Source: Hydrolagus colliei
Lineage: Eukaryota
Direction: 5' to 3'
Assembly: GCA_035084275.1 (NCBI GenBank)
Contig: CM068756.1
Span: 14,632,001 to 14,696,000 of the forward strand
Length of the DNA: 64,000 nucleotides
Shown here piece by piece: positions 33,995 through 47,816 of this stretch. The notes below the pieces were generated by a model that had not been told where the DNA came from, searched no databases, and saw only the letters and a program-made list of their open reading frames with translations. How positions within the stretch are numbered: the first letter of the stretch is position 1; each line of letters starts with the position of its first letter. Both the position numbers and the translations under genes were made by a program.

Positions 33995-34861
33995 GTAAGG
34001 TTTTCATTCATAAATCATTTTGATATAATCGCTGCCATTTTCATTGTTATTTTTTCAATAACATGAAGAGATTTTATATACGTTGACATATTCCATTTTA
34101 CATTTCCATATTTTATTACATTTGCTATGTTTAATTGTGAACTTATTTACTGATTTAATTTTTTAAATATATATCAAGATACGACCTAACTTTGATTCAT
34201 GATGACATGATCAGTAAAGACAATCATGATTAAAACATTTACAATATTCACAATACATTCCGCGTTTGTAGATGTTAGACGAGAGAAACAATGAAAAGAG
34301 ACAGAGGTCTGCTGGTGCAAATAGACTGACTGGAGAAAAAAAGAAAATCTGAGGGAAATGCAAATACTGTATATATCCTAGTTGTTCGGACAAACGAGGC
34401 GGACAATCAGTACACATGAAACCAAATCTTACATTTTTTTTCTTGTTTATCTGTAAACGTGCACTGTTTTCTACGTGGATACAGAAGCATTTACGTTGAG
34501 ATAAAATGTACCTGTGAGTTACCCAGCTAGCCTTCTTCAATGTCGCTCCGAAGATTTTTTCAATAAAATATACCACTGCTGCTGCTGTGTACGTTAATTG
34601 ACAGGTATAATAAACACAAGTATCCCTATGCGTAAAATGATGGCATTTCCAGAAATAAAACTAAATTGCAACAAATGTTTGTGCTTTGTGTTGTATGACT
34701 TGTGTAAACTAAGATGGGAAAAAAAAATTGCAATTTATAAATTATCTGCTAATAAGCATCTGATTTTATTGAGCTTATATAAGGTTCATTAATATACTAT
34801 TATGCTGCATACAACTGTTAGTAGAACAGATTTCCCACAAAATTAATTTTGGTTAAAACTG

Positions 34862-35350
34862 CACCGGGATACGAGACCCCATCACCCCCACCCTCGCCTG
34901 GCTCCACTGGCTCCCCATCCCTCAGGAAATCAAAAATCAAATTCAAGATCCTTGTCCTCACTTTCAAGGTCCTCCATTGCCTTGGCCCCACTTAACACTC
35001 TGACTTACTGACCCCCCTATCAAACTGTCCACTCCCTCATTTCATCAGCCTGTCTTCCATCCAACCCGCCTTACCATCGGTGGCCTGGCTTTCAGCCTTT
35101 CTGCCTCCCAAGCTTTGGAACTCCATCCCACAACCCTCCACCTTGTTTCCTCCCTTGCCTCCTTTAAGACTGGTATTAAGACCCTCCTCTTTGACCATGC
35201 TTTTAGCCGCCACTCTACCTCTCTGCCTTCCCTCATCCCAACCCTGCCTCCCTCCTCCATGCTCCGGTCCTGATCCTTGATTGTCCAGCGTATTGGGACG
35301 TCCTTCTGACATGAAAAGCACTCTACCAATGTAAATTTGTTGTTGTTGCT
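34862..35350 (+). mobile_element. L2 3' fragment
   Basis: ITPTLAWLHWLP..FKILVLTFK remnant and stem-loop/(TTG)n tail. Confidence 0.8.
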
Positions 35351-35754
35351 ATTGCGGACACAAAGGAAGGCTCCTGGAGGTTACATTGATAGCATCTTTC
35401 ATGATCTGTACAAGAGACACTGCAGTTCAATCTGCTAATAATAGCACAAGTGGAATAACTGTCTTTGCTAATTCCTCCAGCCAGAGTCAGTCTCCTAGTG
35501 CAGGAGACACCAAAGTCAAATGACAGCCATATCATCATATTTCATTTCAAACAACCACAAAAAAATTGTAACAGATCAGAATAGGTTCACGTTTACAATA
35601 ATAATAATAATCCTTCCATTTGATATAGCATACAGCAGTGTCTCACAAACAGATATGGATTGGAGTGACCATTTCTTAAGGTATTATTACTCACGAAAAA
35701 GCAATCATCAGTAAAAGATTTTGTATTAAACTGTGATCAGCATCATGATTTGAG

Positions 35755-36090
35755 CCTGTAGCACTTGTAGCACTCTCACCTCTGGGTCAGAAAGCGGTGA
35801 GTTTAAGCCCCGCTTCAGCACTTGGATCACAAAGTCTAAGATGACAATCCAATGCAGTGCTGGGAATGTGTTGCATTGTAAGAGGTGCCACATGTCAGGG
35901 GAGATGTAAAGCTGAGGTCCTGTCTTCCTGTTCAGGTGGACGTCAAATTTCCGTGGCTCAAATTCAAAGAAAAATGGGATTCTCTCAGTTTTCTGGACAA
36001 CAATCACCCAAACAAAATTAGTCACTCACGCCATGGCTGTTTGCAGGACATTCCTTTGTGCAACGCTCAAAAATACAGTCACTCAACTTT
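35755..36090 (+). mobile_element. Old long-form DeuSINE (SacSINE-like)
   Basis: tagcactctcacctctgggtcagaa head; Deu-like core gcagtgctggg...gaggtgcc...gaggtcctgtc...caggtggacgt. Confidence 0.65.
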
Positions 36091-36092
36091 AC

Positions 36093-36630
36093 AATAATAA
36101 TAATAAACCTTGCATTTGATAATAAAAATCTTTGCATTTGATGGAGCACTTTTCACGTCTTCTAGACGTCTAAAAGTGCTTTACAGAATTTACTGTAAAG
36201 TGAATTGACTGTATATTTGTGGGCTAAATGCAGCAGGTAATTGCACACAACAGTGTGCAAACAGACAAACAGTCTTGGATTGAAATGAACCTTTTTTTTA
36301 GGGATTATTATTAGGTGTGTGGAGTAAGGAAACTTTCCGAATGTTTTGCTCTGCCAGGAATTGAACCCAGGTCTCTCGCTTGTAAAGCAAGTGTTCTAAC
36401 TACTGAGCTTTAGGACCCTATAATATAGTGCTATATATAATGTGGAGTCCTTCAGCTCAGTGGTTAGAGCACTTGCCTTGCAAGTGGAATACCTGGGTGC
36501 AATTCCAGACAGGACCTTCGGCAGGTTTCCTTATACCACATGCCTCATAATAATTCCTCAAAACAAAAAATTGGTAATTTCAATCCAAGACTGTTTGTGG
36601 GACACTGCTTTGTGCACCTGACTGCTATGT
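36093..36630. mobile_element. Two Deu-type SINEs head-to-head (36093-36418 minus, 36444-36630 plus)
   Basis: Family matches in opposite orientation. Confidence 0.8.
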
Positions 36631-37009
36631 ATAATTTTATTTATTTTAAAGGAATTATTACTCTCAGAAAAGCAATCCACCAATCAACTATGACTTGGGT
36701 TACTACTTACTGCTAGGTAAACAAAGATATGTGGAGTAAAGAAACTTGCCCAGTGTTTCACTCTGGCGGGAATGAAACTCAAGTCTCTCACTTGCGAGGC
36801 AAATGCTGAAACCACTGAGCTACAGTAATCTTTTCAAAATCACATTGATCAATCTATTTCTCTGTAAACTCTCACTCGACCTCTCCATTCACTCCAGTTG
36901 CCGACAAATCACCAATTTGGCATTCATCTCCAAGATGCTTGAATGTGTCATTGTCTCCCATTTCACTCCTTCCTGTATGATAATGACAATAATAATCCAA
37001 CAATAAAAT

Positions 37010-37410
37010 GACATTTCTATAGCACCTTTCTCATCAAGAGGAGATCCCAAGGCACTGAACAGTGAGTGGTTCTGGGGGCGGATTTGGGGAGGGTGCAAGG
37101 AAGGGAGGGGAAGCTGGGGTGACCAATGGCACCGTCGAAGAGTAAGGTCTTGATGCGGGATTTGAAGGAGGTCAGGGAGGGGGCAAGACAGAGGGATTGC
37201 AGAGTGGAATTCCAGAGGTTGGGTGCTGAGTGGCTGAAGGTTCACCCGCTGATGATGGTGTGGGTGGATCAGGGAACATGGATTTTTCTGAAGCCTGACC
37301 AGAGGGTGTGGACAGGTTTTTAGGGGAATAGGAGGTCACACAGGTAGGATGGGGCAAGTACATGGAGTGCTTTAAAAGTGAGGACCAGGATCTTGAATTG
37401 AAATAATAAT
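37010..37410 (-). mobile_element. L2 3' fragment
   Basis: Reverse complement of the L2 3' region and tail. Confidence 0.75.
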
Positions 37411-37764
37411 AATTTGTTGCATTATAGATCTCCCACGAAGTTACTCCATTGTTGCAAAGAAACATTCCTGAGGCTTTAATGTGTCATTGCTATTTCGAGT
37501 CAACAATTTTAATTGAGTGAAGCAATGCGGAAATCTATGTGAATTTCAATTCTGGTAAAGCTTTTATCTTTATGGACAATATGATAAGTGATTTAAGAAA
37601 TCGTTAAGTAGGGTATTGTCTCTGCAAATCATACCCAATCAAAATTTATCCATTGGTAACAGGAAGTCAAAACCCAGTACCACCGATCTCATGTCAAAAC
37701 AAAGCAAGCTCTCATTACAGACCTGTGAGACACTTACGATTAGCCTCAGGCAGTGATCAGCATG

Positions 37765-38440
37765 ATGGCGAGTATTGTTTTGCAGTGCCTGTCTTTCGAA
37801 GCGATAATTTCCAAAGGTGTGTGCTTACAATTTTCAGAATACAAATGTAGTCATTATAAAGCATTTACGAGTAATTTTCCATAAAGCCTCTTGATATAAT
37901 CCTTAAGTCATCAAGTTGTTAAGACATCTCAAAGCGCTTCACAGGAATTTTCTGTGAAGTATATTGCCTGTGCATTTGCCTTGCGTAGAATTAGTCTTTT
38001 GATGTAGAGTGAACAAAGTATCTATTAGGTACTGAATGCATTTCTATGGTTCTTCTATTTTACTCTTCCTTTCACCCACCTATGAATCTTAAGCATTGAG
38101 TGTTCAAATTTATTTCTGATAGTTATTGATGGTACATTGATTGAAGGGGCACAACAACTCAAACACGGAATTCCAATCATAGGTGCAAACATCACCTTCT
38201 ATTGCATTTTTACCATCCGTCCAAACAATACACGCATAAAAGTGTACTGGTGGAAGCATGGGGAGAGTGGCTACCTGCAAACAAGAGCAGATAACAGAAA
38301 AATATTTGGTTTGAAGATGCAGGAAACAGCTTCTTCCAGCTTCTGAATGTGAGTCCCCAGGACTCTGGTCTATATTATTGTGCGATGGTCCATGAGGGAA
38401 TCATAATACGAAATGGATCTGGATCATTTAACTGTATGCG
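37765..38440 (+). pseudogene. R4: leader + frameshifted V exon pseudogene (R2-like V)
   Basis: Leader 37765-37816 (MASIVLQCLSFEAIISK); V 38123-38440 carries a 1-nt deletion (premature TGA at 38344-38346) and a 2-nt deletion relative to the R2 V. No C1 or TM exon found downstream. Confidence 0.85.
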
Positions 38441-38949
38441 GTAAGTATGAATACTTGAAACACTCTTGAACATTACAACATCAGCAACAACAAAATTACA
38501 TTTGTAGAGTGACTTTCACATGGGGAGTGACTTTCACAGCCCAAGGCTCTGATTTACACAAATAAATTGAACAAATGGCATGAAATAGTTTAGTATTCAT
38601 TACAAAATATTTATTATATAACAAGTGGAGATTACGGTGGTAGAATAAATTAGAAATGTAATCTAATTTTAAAAATCCTTAAAATATTTAGAAATATTCG
38701 TTAAAATATAATTCCTTAAAATTCCATAAATATTTTAAGGAATTTTAAAATGCCAATATTACTGAGCCATTGAGATTAACTGTTAGTTTCTTTATTCCGC
38801 ACTAGTCACTGCTATTCAGGTATGGCTGAATTTATTGCCATATAAGGACATAAATGACAGCAGTTTTAAAAGAAAATGATTTTTGACATTTAACTAACCG
38901 TAATACTAACTCCATAGATTCCTTAAATAAAATAATAGCCACAAACTCT

Positions 38950-39530
38950 GGAGTCTTGTAGCTCAGTGGTTAAACCACTCGCCAAGCAAGCGACCCGGGT
39001 TCGATTCCAGGCAGGGCGAAAACTTGGGTAAATTCACATGCCCAATAATAATCCCTCAAGAATAATAATAATAGTAAATTTGTCACTCAATCCACGACTG
39101 TTTGAGGACACGATAGAGTGCTATATCAAATACAATTATTATTAGTAACTTAATATAGGAAGGAACTATAAAACAACAGCAAGTGGTGAAATTAACCTGT
39201 AAAGTTGGTTGTCACCAGTACTCAACACTTGAATGGAGAGTATACCCAAGTCAGTTTTTGCATACGTTAGTGAATCCTTTAAACGGATAAGCACTGCTCT
39301 GCAAACAATAATCCTTGAATTTCATACGGCGCTTTTCACGTCTTGTAGATATCTCAAAGCACTCCACAGAATACAATGTAAAGTGAAGTGTCTGCATTTT
39401 TCTGGGTGAAATTGTGACAGCCAATTGCGTGCAACAGTGTCCCACAAATAGACTTGGATTGAGAGACCAAATTATCAATGGGGTTTTTTTATGGATTATT
39501 ATCAGGTGTGTGGACTCCTGTCAAATTGAA
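38950..39530. mobile_element. Two partial Deu-type SINEs (38950-39142 plus, 39305-39530 minus)
   Basis: Family matches. Confidence 0.75.
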
Positions 39531-40042
39531 ACCTGGATGGCCAGTGAATGAAAGCCATTGCAAAATGTAGTTGGATACACATTCCATGCATTTCTCTACC
39601 ATTGAAATGATTGGAAAGTATAGGTGTCCTCTGGCCTTTCGCATCCCTTTGCCTTTAATACCTCCTACACATCTACTTTTTCAACCAAGCTTTCGAACAT
39701 TTTCGATCATCCTCAGGACTGCACCCCCATCCACCCACAGACTGGGGATCACAGTCACAATATGCAACATTTATAGTTTATACATTTATTATTTATAGTT
39801 TATAGTCCAAGTTTAAACAACAAACTTACATTCATATAGTGCCTTTCACGTTGGGAGGACATCCAACACACAATATAAATGTAAATTATAATACATTGCA
39901 CTTGAGCTGATGTTGAGAATTTCATTCGAATTGTTTTTGGGTGGTTTGGACATTAATGGCTACATACTGGTAGACATCAGTAGTCACACCATAGCCTATG
40001 TGCTAGACCCGTGGCATGACTTTGGTCTCTTAAAATACTACA

Positions 40043-40343
40043 AATAATAATCCTTGCATTTAATAAAGCACTTTTCACATCTTCTAGATGTCTCAAAATA
40101 TTTCACAGTCTATACTGTAAAGTAAATTATCTGTATATTTGTGGGAGAAACACAGCAGCCAATCGCACACAGCAGTATCCCACAAAATTTAGATTGAAAT
40201 GACAATTTTTAAAAACAAATTTGAGGGATTATTATCAGGCATGTGGAGTAAGAAAACTTGCCCAAGGTTTCACCCTGCCTGGAATTGAACCCAGGTCTCT
40301 CACTTGCAAGGTGAGTGCTCTAACCATTGAGCTATAGGACTCC
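40043..40343 (-). mobile_element. tRNA-derived Deu-type SINE
   Basis: Full-length family match. Confidence 0.85.
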
Positions 40344-40529
40344 ACTAACAAACCTCACTGATTCCCTAAAAGCTGAGCAAATACTTTCAGGTGCCCAAAA
40401 GGATAAGGTAGCTTACATATCACAACGGCATAATAACTGTCTCTAGGACTTGATTTACAATCTCCTTCACATTTCACAACTACAACAAATGACATTTATA
40501 TTGTGCCTTTTATGTTGTGCTGGACCACC

Positions 40530-40935
40530 AAAGGTATCATGATCCAGGTCCTAACATTCAAAGCCCTCCATGGCCTCACCCCACCCTACATCCATGACCT
40601 CCTAATCTCCTCACCAACCTGACTGCCCCCTCTGTTCAGCATTCTCTAGCCTGCTCCAAGTCCCTTGACACACCCACCCACCATTGGCGGGTGAGCCTTT
40701 GGTCACTCTGCCCCCAACCTCTGGAACTCCATCCTGCAGTCCATCTGCCTCACCCCCTCCCTGGCCTCCTTCAAGTCCACCTCAAGACCCTCCTCTTTGA
40801 CACTCCCATCGGTCACCCCAAATCCCCCCCTTTCCCTCCACCCTCCCTGTCTTCAGTTTGGTTCTGAAGCAATGACTGTCCAGCACCTTGGGACATCCTC
40901 CTGACTTGAAAGGCGCTATACAAGTTGTTGTTGTT
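40530..40935 (+). mobile_element. L2 3' fragment
   Basis: VLTFKALHGLTPPYIHDLL remnant and tail. Confidence 0.8.
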
Positions 40936-40939
40936 GATT

Positions 40940-41400
40940 GCTGAAGGTTAACATGGGATTGTGGCTGAAGCTACAAAGAAGCTGGTCAAAGAAGAAGGCC
41001 TTCAGACTGGTTTTAAATGAAGTTAAGATAGGGGTCATTATGGAGAGGTTCAGAAATGCAGTTCTAGAGAGTGGGGGCAGAAAAGTAATGGTGGCATGGG
41101 CTGGAATGGTGACATTGAGCCAATGCACACCAATCGGAGAGAGCAGGAAGCTTGGTATTGTATTAAGAGGCTGCAGTGTTAGGCAGAGCAAGGCCATCAT
41201 GGAGAGATTTAAAAATAAGGTATAGTACAGCGTTTTAACCAGATCCTTTGAGGGATAGGAGCCAGAGGAACCGAATAAGGATGGGAGTGATCAGTTCACA
41301 GAGCTTGTCACAAGAAAGGAGAAGAGCTGCAGAGTCCTGAAAAGTATGCAGCTTGTGGAGGGAGGAGTTGGGGAGTTTGGTGAACAGGGAGTTTGCGTTT
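40940..41400 (-). mobile_element. L2 internal fragment
   Basis: Purine-rich plus strand; minus-strand remnants such as ILTSFKTSLKAFFFDQ. Confidence 0.55.
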
Positions 41401-42500
41401 CGATATTGGATGTGGGGAATGCATGATTGTGTATCTTGTATACACAGTGCCGAGATTCCACTAATGGTGTCAGCCTCATTCAGTTGAAACTCCTCCCCCC
41501 TCTGAATCCAAAGTTTGTGGATTCAAACAGGACTTTAACTCAAATAGTTTGGGATGATACTCAAATACAGTGCCTGGGGTTCTGTATTGATCAGGGAATC
41601 CTCCTTGGGAAGAGACATTGAAGCGAAAGCCCATTTCCCTGTTCAAGTAAATGTTAAATGCCTTCAAGTCCAACTCCAAAAGAAAAGGGGGTTCGCCCAT
41701 GTGTCTTGACCCCCAGTCCCCCAGATAAAAATAGTCATTCACTTGATAATTGCTCATGGGACATTCCTGTGGAAGAAATTGTTTTGTTGATTTGCCTACA
41801 AAAAAGCAGTCATTACACTTTATAGAAAAATCCTGTTGATATAAGTCCTCTTAATATAAAAGGCACTCTATCAATTGCAAGGTTGATTTAATTTCCTATT
41901 TACCAGTTGGGTTCAATGACTTCCCTTTACGTCTTCAGTAGGTGACTGGAGTTCCCGAATCTTATTTAGATGACACAAGCAACATCCATGCAACCGAGGT
42001 CCCCTCTGCTTGTTCAAGTGGATGTTTATATACCCCATAGCATCATTACCCCACGGTTCAAGCTTAAGTAAAATAAAATGATTCACTTACTAAGTAAAAT
42101 AAAATGATTCACAACAGAGTGCAAATTCTCTGTTGTCTTAGCCCACAAGACACATATTCACATCACTTTACAGTGGTGGACAACAACCTTTGTGGTCGGC
42201 CAACAAAATATATTTTCTTGATTGAATATTTCTTAATGCATAAGAATAAAGATAATCCTTGGATATGATATATTTGTATTTGTATTTAATTTGTCACTTT
42301 TATGCATAAAATCTGTTTTGTAAATGTTGAGTACATTATTACCCACTTATCTCAAACCAGTTTTATATTGACATCCTGAGTATGTTAAGTCCAGAGACCA
42401 TCCCCATAAAGGAACACATTAAGCTTCAGCATGTTTGTGTTAAGAATATTTACAAGTCGTAAACAGCATTAAGTACAGTATACTGTATTTTTACCGTTTA

Positions 42501-42727
42501 TGTTGATATGCAGGTTGTTTTAACCCTTCCCTGTTTAACCCTCCCTGCACAACCCTCCCTGCACACTGCCTGACTCTCTCATATGCACTTGTACATCAGT
42601 GATTAGAACAAAGCATTGCTGTGTATGTATAGTCCTTGTGGAGGTGCTTTCTCAATGTGCATCTTTGCTGCTAGTGACTGTCAGCGATTGGTTTGCTTGT
42701 TTATTTACTTCCAATAAAAGTTAAACA
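42501..42727 (+). mobile_element. Possible solo LTR
   Basis: TGTT...AACA termini, AATAAA at 42713, near-TSD ttta/ttca, internal aaccctccctg repeats. Confidence 0.3.
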
Positions 42728-43124
42728 TTCAGCGATTGTCATGCTGAAAATTGGGATGGCTGCTAAAATTAGAAAATATTTAAGTTATGATGTTAGTGGA
42801 TACGACTGGTATTATTGTTTTATGGCCGTTTATTGTTTTAAAGAGAACTAGGTTTTATTTTAAAAACATTAAGTTGCTTAAATCATTCTAAACCAAGCAA
42901 TGTTTTGATCAAAATAGTAGCATTTTTTGTGGAAGAATTTACTCTTTTAGCAACGATGAATATGGCCAATTGAAAATGAAATTATTTCACTATGTATTAT
43001 GTATCAAATGTATTATCTCTTCTAGTTTCAGGATATGTTAATACTGTAACTGTTTGCATTCCAAAGTTCTAACATCACATGTTTTATTTAATGAAATACA
43101 CTTGGTGTATGACATATTATTTAT

Positions 43125-44065
43125 GGAGTCCTGTAGCTCAGAGCATTTGCTGTACAAGTGAGAGACCTGGGTTCAATTCCAGGCAGGGTGAAACCTTGGG
43201 CAAGTTTCCTTACTGCACACACCTAATAATAATCCCGCAGCAAAAAACAATAATAAATTGGTCTTTTCAATTCCCAACTGTTTCTGGGAAACTGCTATGC
43301 ACAATTGACTGCCGTGTTTTGCCCACATTTATACAGTCCATTCATTTTATTCTGCAAAGTGCTTCGAGACATCTAGAAGATGTGAAAAGCGCTGTATCAA
43401 ACGCAAGGCTTATTATTAGATGGCACTTTTCACATCTTTTACACATCTCAAAGCATTTCACAAAATATACTGTAAAATGAATTGACATTTTTTTGCATCC
43501 CATAAATCAAGAAATATTCAATTAAGAAAAAAGCAGAACCACACTACCAATCGAACACAGATTTACCCAAACTCGTGCAAATGTTCTGGAGACTGTTTCT
43601 TAACATCTCCACTGGCCACATGTTGGCCACCATTGCTTTAAAGTATATTCTGTGAAGCGGTAAGTTCTTTGCTAAATGCATAGATTATTATGTTTAATAT
43701 GTTATAACAGTTTAAGGCATTCTGTAGAAATAGTTTCTTACTGGTTTTCAGTGATGGTCTGCAAAACCAATAACATCTGGGTTCATCTTGGTTACCGAGT
43801 ATTTTGGCAAGTCTTTTTTGAATACTCATTAACAGTCCCAGCTGCACTGATGAGAAGAGGAACTCTATTTGTTGCAGTTTCCTTGCTCCATATGCCTCAT
43901 AACAATTCCTCAAAACATACCAATAATAAATTGGTCACTTCAATCCACGACTGTTTGTGGGACACTGCTATGCGCAATTGGCTGCCGCGATTCACCCACA
44001 AACATACAGTTAATTCACTTCGTAACATGAAAAGCACTATATCAAATGCAAGGATTATTATTAGA
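43125..44065 (+). mobile_element. Deu-type SINEs (43125-43418 and 3' half 43860-44065)
   Basis: Family matches. Confidence 0.8.
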
Positions 44066-44925
44066 TTATTATCTAATAATTGACACAAACATCACAATTC
44101 AATTTGGAAGGTTGATAGATTTCCTGTTTTTCTATAATTACTTATTTTCACATTGTAATCGCTTATGATAGTCAAAAATATATTACATAAGCTTGGGCAC
44201 TATTATTATATTACTACATGTATCATCTAGTTGATTCTTTATTGCGTTTATTAATGTTAATGATTTATTAATATTTATAATAAAATGTCTTTAAAATTAT
44301 GTTTGCTTCAATGAACACACATTGGCAATATTTGACATGAAATATGATTTTATAGATACACAGATTCAGTTTACAGTTAGAAATAGCTGAAATATGTCAC
44401 TGACAGAAACAGACCGTTTGCTCCATAAAGAAATGAACATAGTAAAGCTGCAACAGTCTCTATCCTCAAGGTTGATCACATTCTTGTAATATCAATAATT
44501 GCCTGAAATTGACACGATAATGGAAGAGTATGTATATATTGAGGTGATCGCCGTTTTGAATTCTTGACCCAAAGTGAATTTCCTTACCTGTTGAAAAAAT
44601 GGATAGTATTAAATAACTTCATGAACTTGTCTTAAAATACATGTTCATTTCAAATACTATATAACCTCACATTTTAATTCCAATAATAAACAGTAACAAC
44701 AAAACTACAGTTGTAGGTTTGCTTTTCACTTCGGGAGGATGTCCCAAAGTCCACAATTCTAATCTTAAGAACCAAGGTTGTGCAGCATTATTCCACTGTT
44801 ACTTCATGTGAATTATTCCTCCTTTGTTACTATTTGTGCAGTGCCCCAAAGGGCACATTCCACTTTTTGTAATATTATATCTGGCATAATTGTAGGAGAT
44901 TTGTTTCAGCTTTGAACGCAATAGT

Positions 44926-45506
44926 GGAGTCCTATAGCTCAGTGGTTGGAGCACTCTAAGTGAGATTCCTAGGTTAGTTTCCAGGTGAAATGTTGGGCAA
45001 TTTTGCTTACTCCATTGTCTGCCGCATTTCACCCACAAAATATGCAGTCAATTCACTTGACAGTAAATTCTGCGCAGTGCTTTGAGACATCTCAAAGACA
45101 TGATCAGCTGTTATATCAAATACAAATAATATTATTATGATTATTATTCAATATTATCACATTTGAAAACATACCATTATCTGAAACATGGTATTTCTCT
45201 AACAGTGAGTTTTTGTGGCATCCTGTAGCTCAGTAGTTAGAACACTCGCCTTACAAGTGAGAGAGCTGGTTCAATTCCAGGCAGGACGAAACCTTGATTT
45301 CCTTACTCCTCAGCCTCAGTAATAGTCCCTTAAAAAAAATTGTTCATTTCAATCCATGACTATTTGTGGAACACTGCTGTGCACCATTGTCTGCCGTGTT
45401 TCGCCCACAAATATACAGTCAATTCACTTGACAGTATATTCTGTGAAGCGCTTTGAGATGTCTAGAAGATGTGAAAAGAGCGATATCAAATGCAAGCATT
45501 ATTATT
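44926..45506 (+). mobile_element. Two tandem Deu-type SINEs (44926-45140, 45217-45506)
   Basis: Family matches. Confidence 0.8.
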
Positions 45507-47816
45507 AAATAGTGACTGTATTACCTTTAAAATCATTCAAACAACTATAACTGTACCATGAGTTGAAACGTTTTTGCCTGGATTTGTACAGAATTCCAAC
45601 TCTTTAGCAACCGCTATCAGCAACCAAAAGCCTGATCTATTCATACCACAATTTCTCCCAAAATACGCCACTGCACCTTACATTATATCTCTTGAAGAGG
45701 TTTGGGATACTCCCGTGTGAAGAGTGCTGTACGAAATGATTAAAGGATTAAGAAAGATTGTAAGGATTTTGAGAATTATTATGATTATGTTATCTGTCTA
45801 AACCAGGTAAAAAGTGTAGTACAAATGCTCAATGGATTTTTAAACTGCATTTAAAATAATGTCTCAAGAACAAATAATATGTTTATCATATTGTTTTATT
45901 CCCCTGTCCTTGATTAATTAGTGATGGATTAATTGTGATAGAACTAAACTGTGAAACTTCATCAAGAAATGAGAAACAGGAGGTTCAAAGCAATAAAACT
46001 AAAACAGTTATTCACCCGTATATGTTTATGCACTAACTCAACACCGGTTTCCTTAACCTCATAATTATTTCCCCAACATTAATTTTAAAAACTCGTAAAG
46101 AAGGATCATGTTGGGATTGACAACACCTTCTTAACCTTTTGTTCAGCGGGTTAGAAGCAGTCTGCAGAAAATATTTATATTCACTATGCGTTGTGAGTGA
46201 GAACGCTGGGTGGCTGATAGGATAGTAAATCCACGTTCACAGTCGTCATACAAGTAACAGTTCTAAATACTGTATCCTTTAAGAAATACAGCCATAACCA
46301 GCAACTGGTTTGGGTATTGGGTTCAGATATATTGCTTAAAACGCTTCAACCTTATTGAAAAATTTGAGAGCATATACATCACTTTAGCCAGTTTCTTAGA
46401 ACATTTACACACCGTCTAGATAAGGCAATTATGGAGCCCACAAAACGACTTATTATCAGTGCTTAACCCCTGAGCAAATTACCTACAGTGTAACCTGTTC
46501 AATCATTTTCTTTGCATCAACAAATAAAACTCTAGAAATGTATTTTAAAGTAATGCCTGTGGAAGTCGCGTGGAAGTTAATAATGTAGGACAATTTCATA
46601 GAAGAAATGAAGTTTGAATTCAATATAATTACACAGTCTAAGTTGGTGACCAGGGAACGATAAGATCAACCCAATGAACTCACCGTTGATTGGAAAGCCA
46701 CCCTTCTATCTTGGTTTGCTTGTCCGGGAAGCTGACACATGACCGTTCATAAGTAGGCAAACTAGCCGGAGTTCCACTTTCTTTCTGTGGAATGGAATTA
46801 CTCTCGAGTCTGAAATGAAACACACAACATCTCCCTGGAGGAATGTATCCCGCTTACCTAATTCTGGAGCTCTGGCTTGTTGACAAGAGCCGAGACAGTT
46901 TGTGGTACTGACAGCGTTTAACAGGCTAATGCCGTGCAGATTGCTATGTGAGAGGACTGTTTAGCAAACCTCCCGCTGCTTATCCGGCTGGAACCTCACG
47001 ACCAATGAGAGCTTCACTGTGCCAGGTTAACAGGACCCCTGTACACGAAGGAGACCGCAAACCTGTCCTTGTATTAACGCTGAAACCGTGTGCAAAATAG
47101 CTGCCGCTAATAGTCACAAAACCAGCCGCAGTGAACTTCTGCAAGACCAAGTTAAGCCGACAAACCGTGTTCTGTGTTTATCACGAGACGAGACGCTGAT
47201 GTTGAAAGCTATATTAAGAGTTGCTGTGACGCTCAGCAGAAACCACACGGGAAACCACTCGGCGCAATGCAGTTTCCTGTTGTGACAATGCAGCGGCTCG
47301 GTGTCTGTGAGAACGCCTACAGTTTGACCTTTTAACAGCGGCCGCGGTGGCGCAATCTGATGTCAACCCGTTTCCAGTTAACTATTTGTGATCACACTCA
47401 GATAGAGGCGAATGCGATATCGGTGAAGCCGGGGAGTGACTCTCAATGTCAGTAGTAACTGCACCTTGAGATATGGATAACAGTTTCACAACCATACAGG
47501 TGAAAGTAGTTTTTTAAAATGAACCCCCTCTCCGCTGTCCTAATAAAACTATAGGCTCTGCAAACATTGGCGAGAAGCCTGGGTAGTTTACAAGTATACA
47601 CTATTACAAACCACAGCAGTACTGCACCTGATACCTGTTATTCAGGAGAACACGATTCTTCAATGTCACACTGAACCCCAGTAAACACTTGCAGAAAATA
47701 TGTTTAAGGCAATAAAACCACAATACTCCTATCTATTTTGCTCCCTTTTTGCACTAAAATAAATGAATGTAATCCAATCAATACCATGCTTATTTATTGA
47801 TGTAGTAGTCTTATTG

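Noticed and set aside
41476-41757. 93-aa minus-strand ORF
   Set aside because: No recognisable domain, splice context or paralog in the window.
42065-42112. 22-bp direct repeat separated by 4 nt
   Set aside because: Simple local slippage duplication in AT-rich DNA; not a CRISPR-like array or a TSD with cargo.
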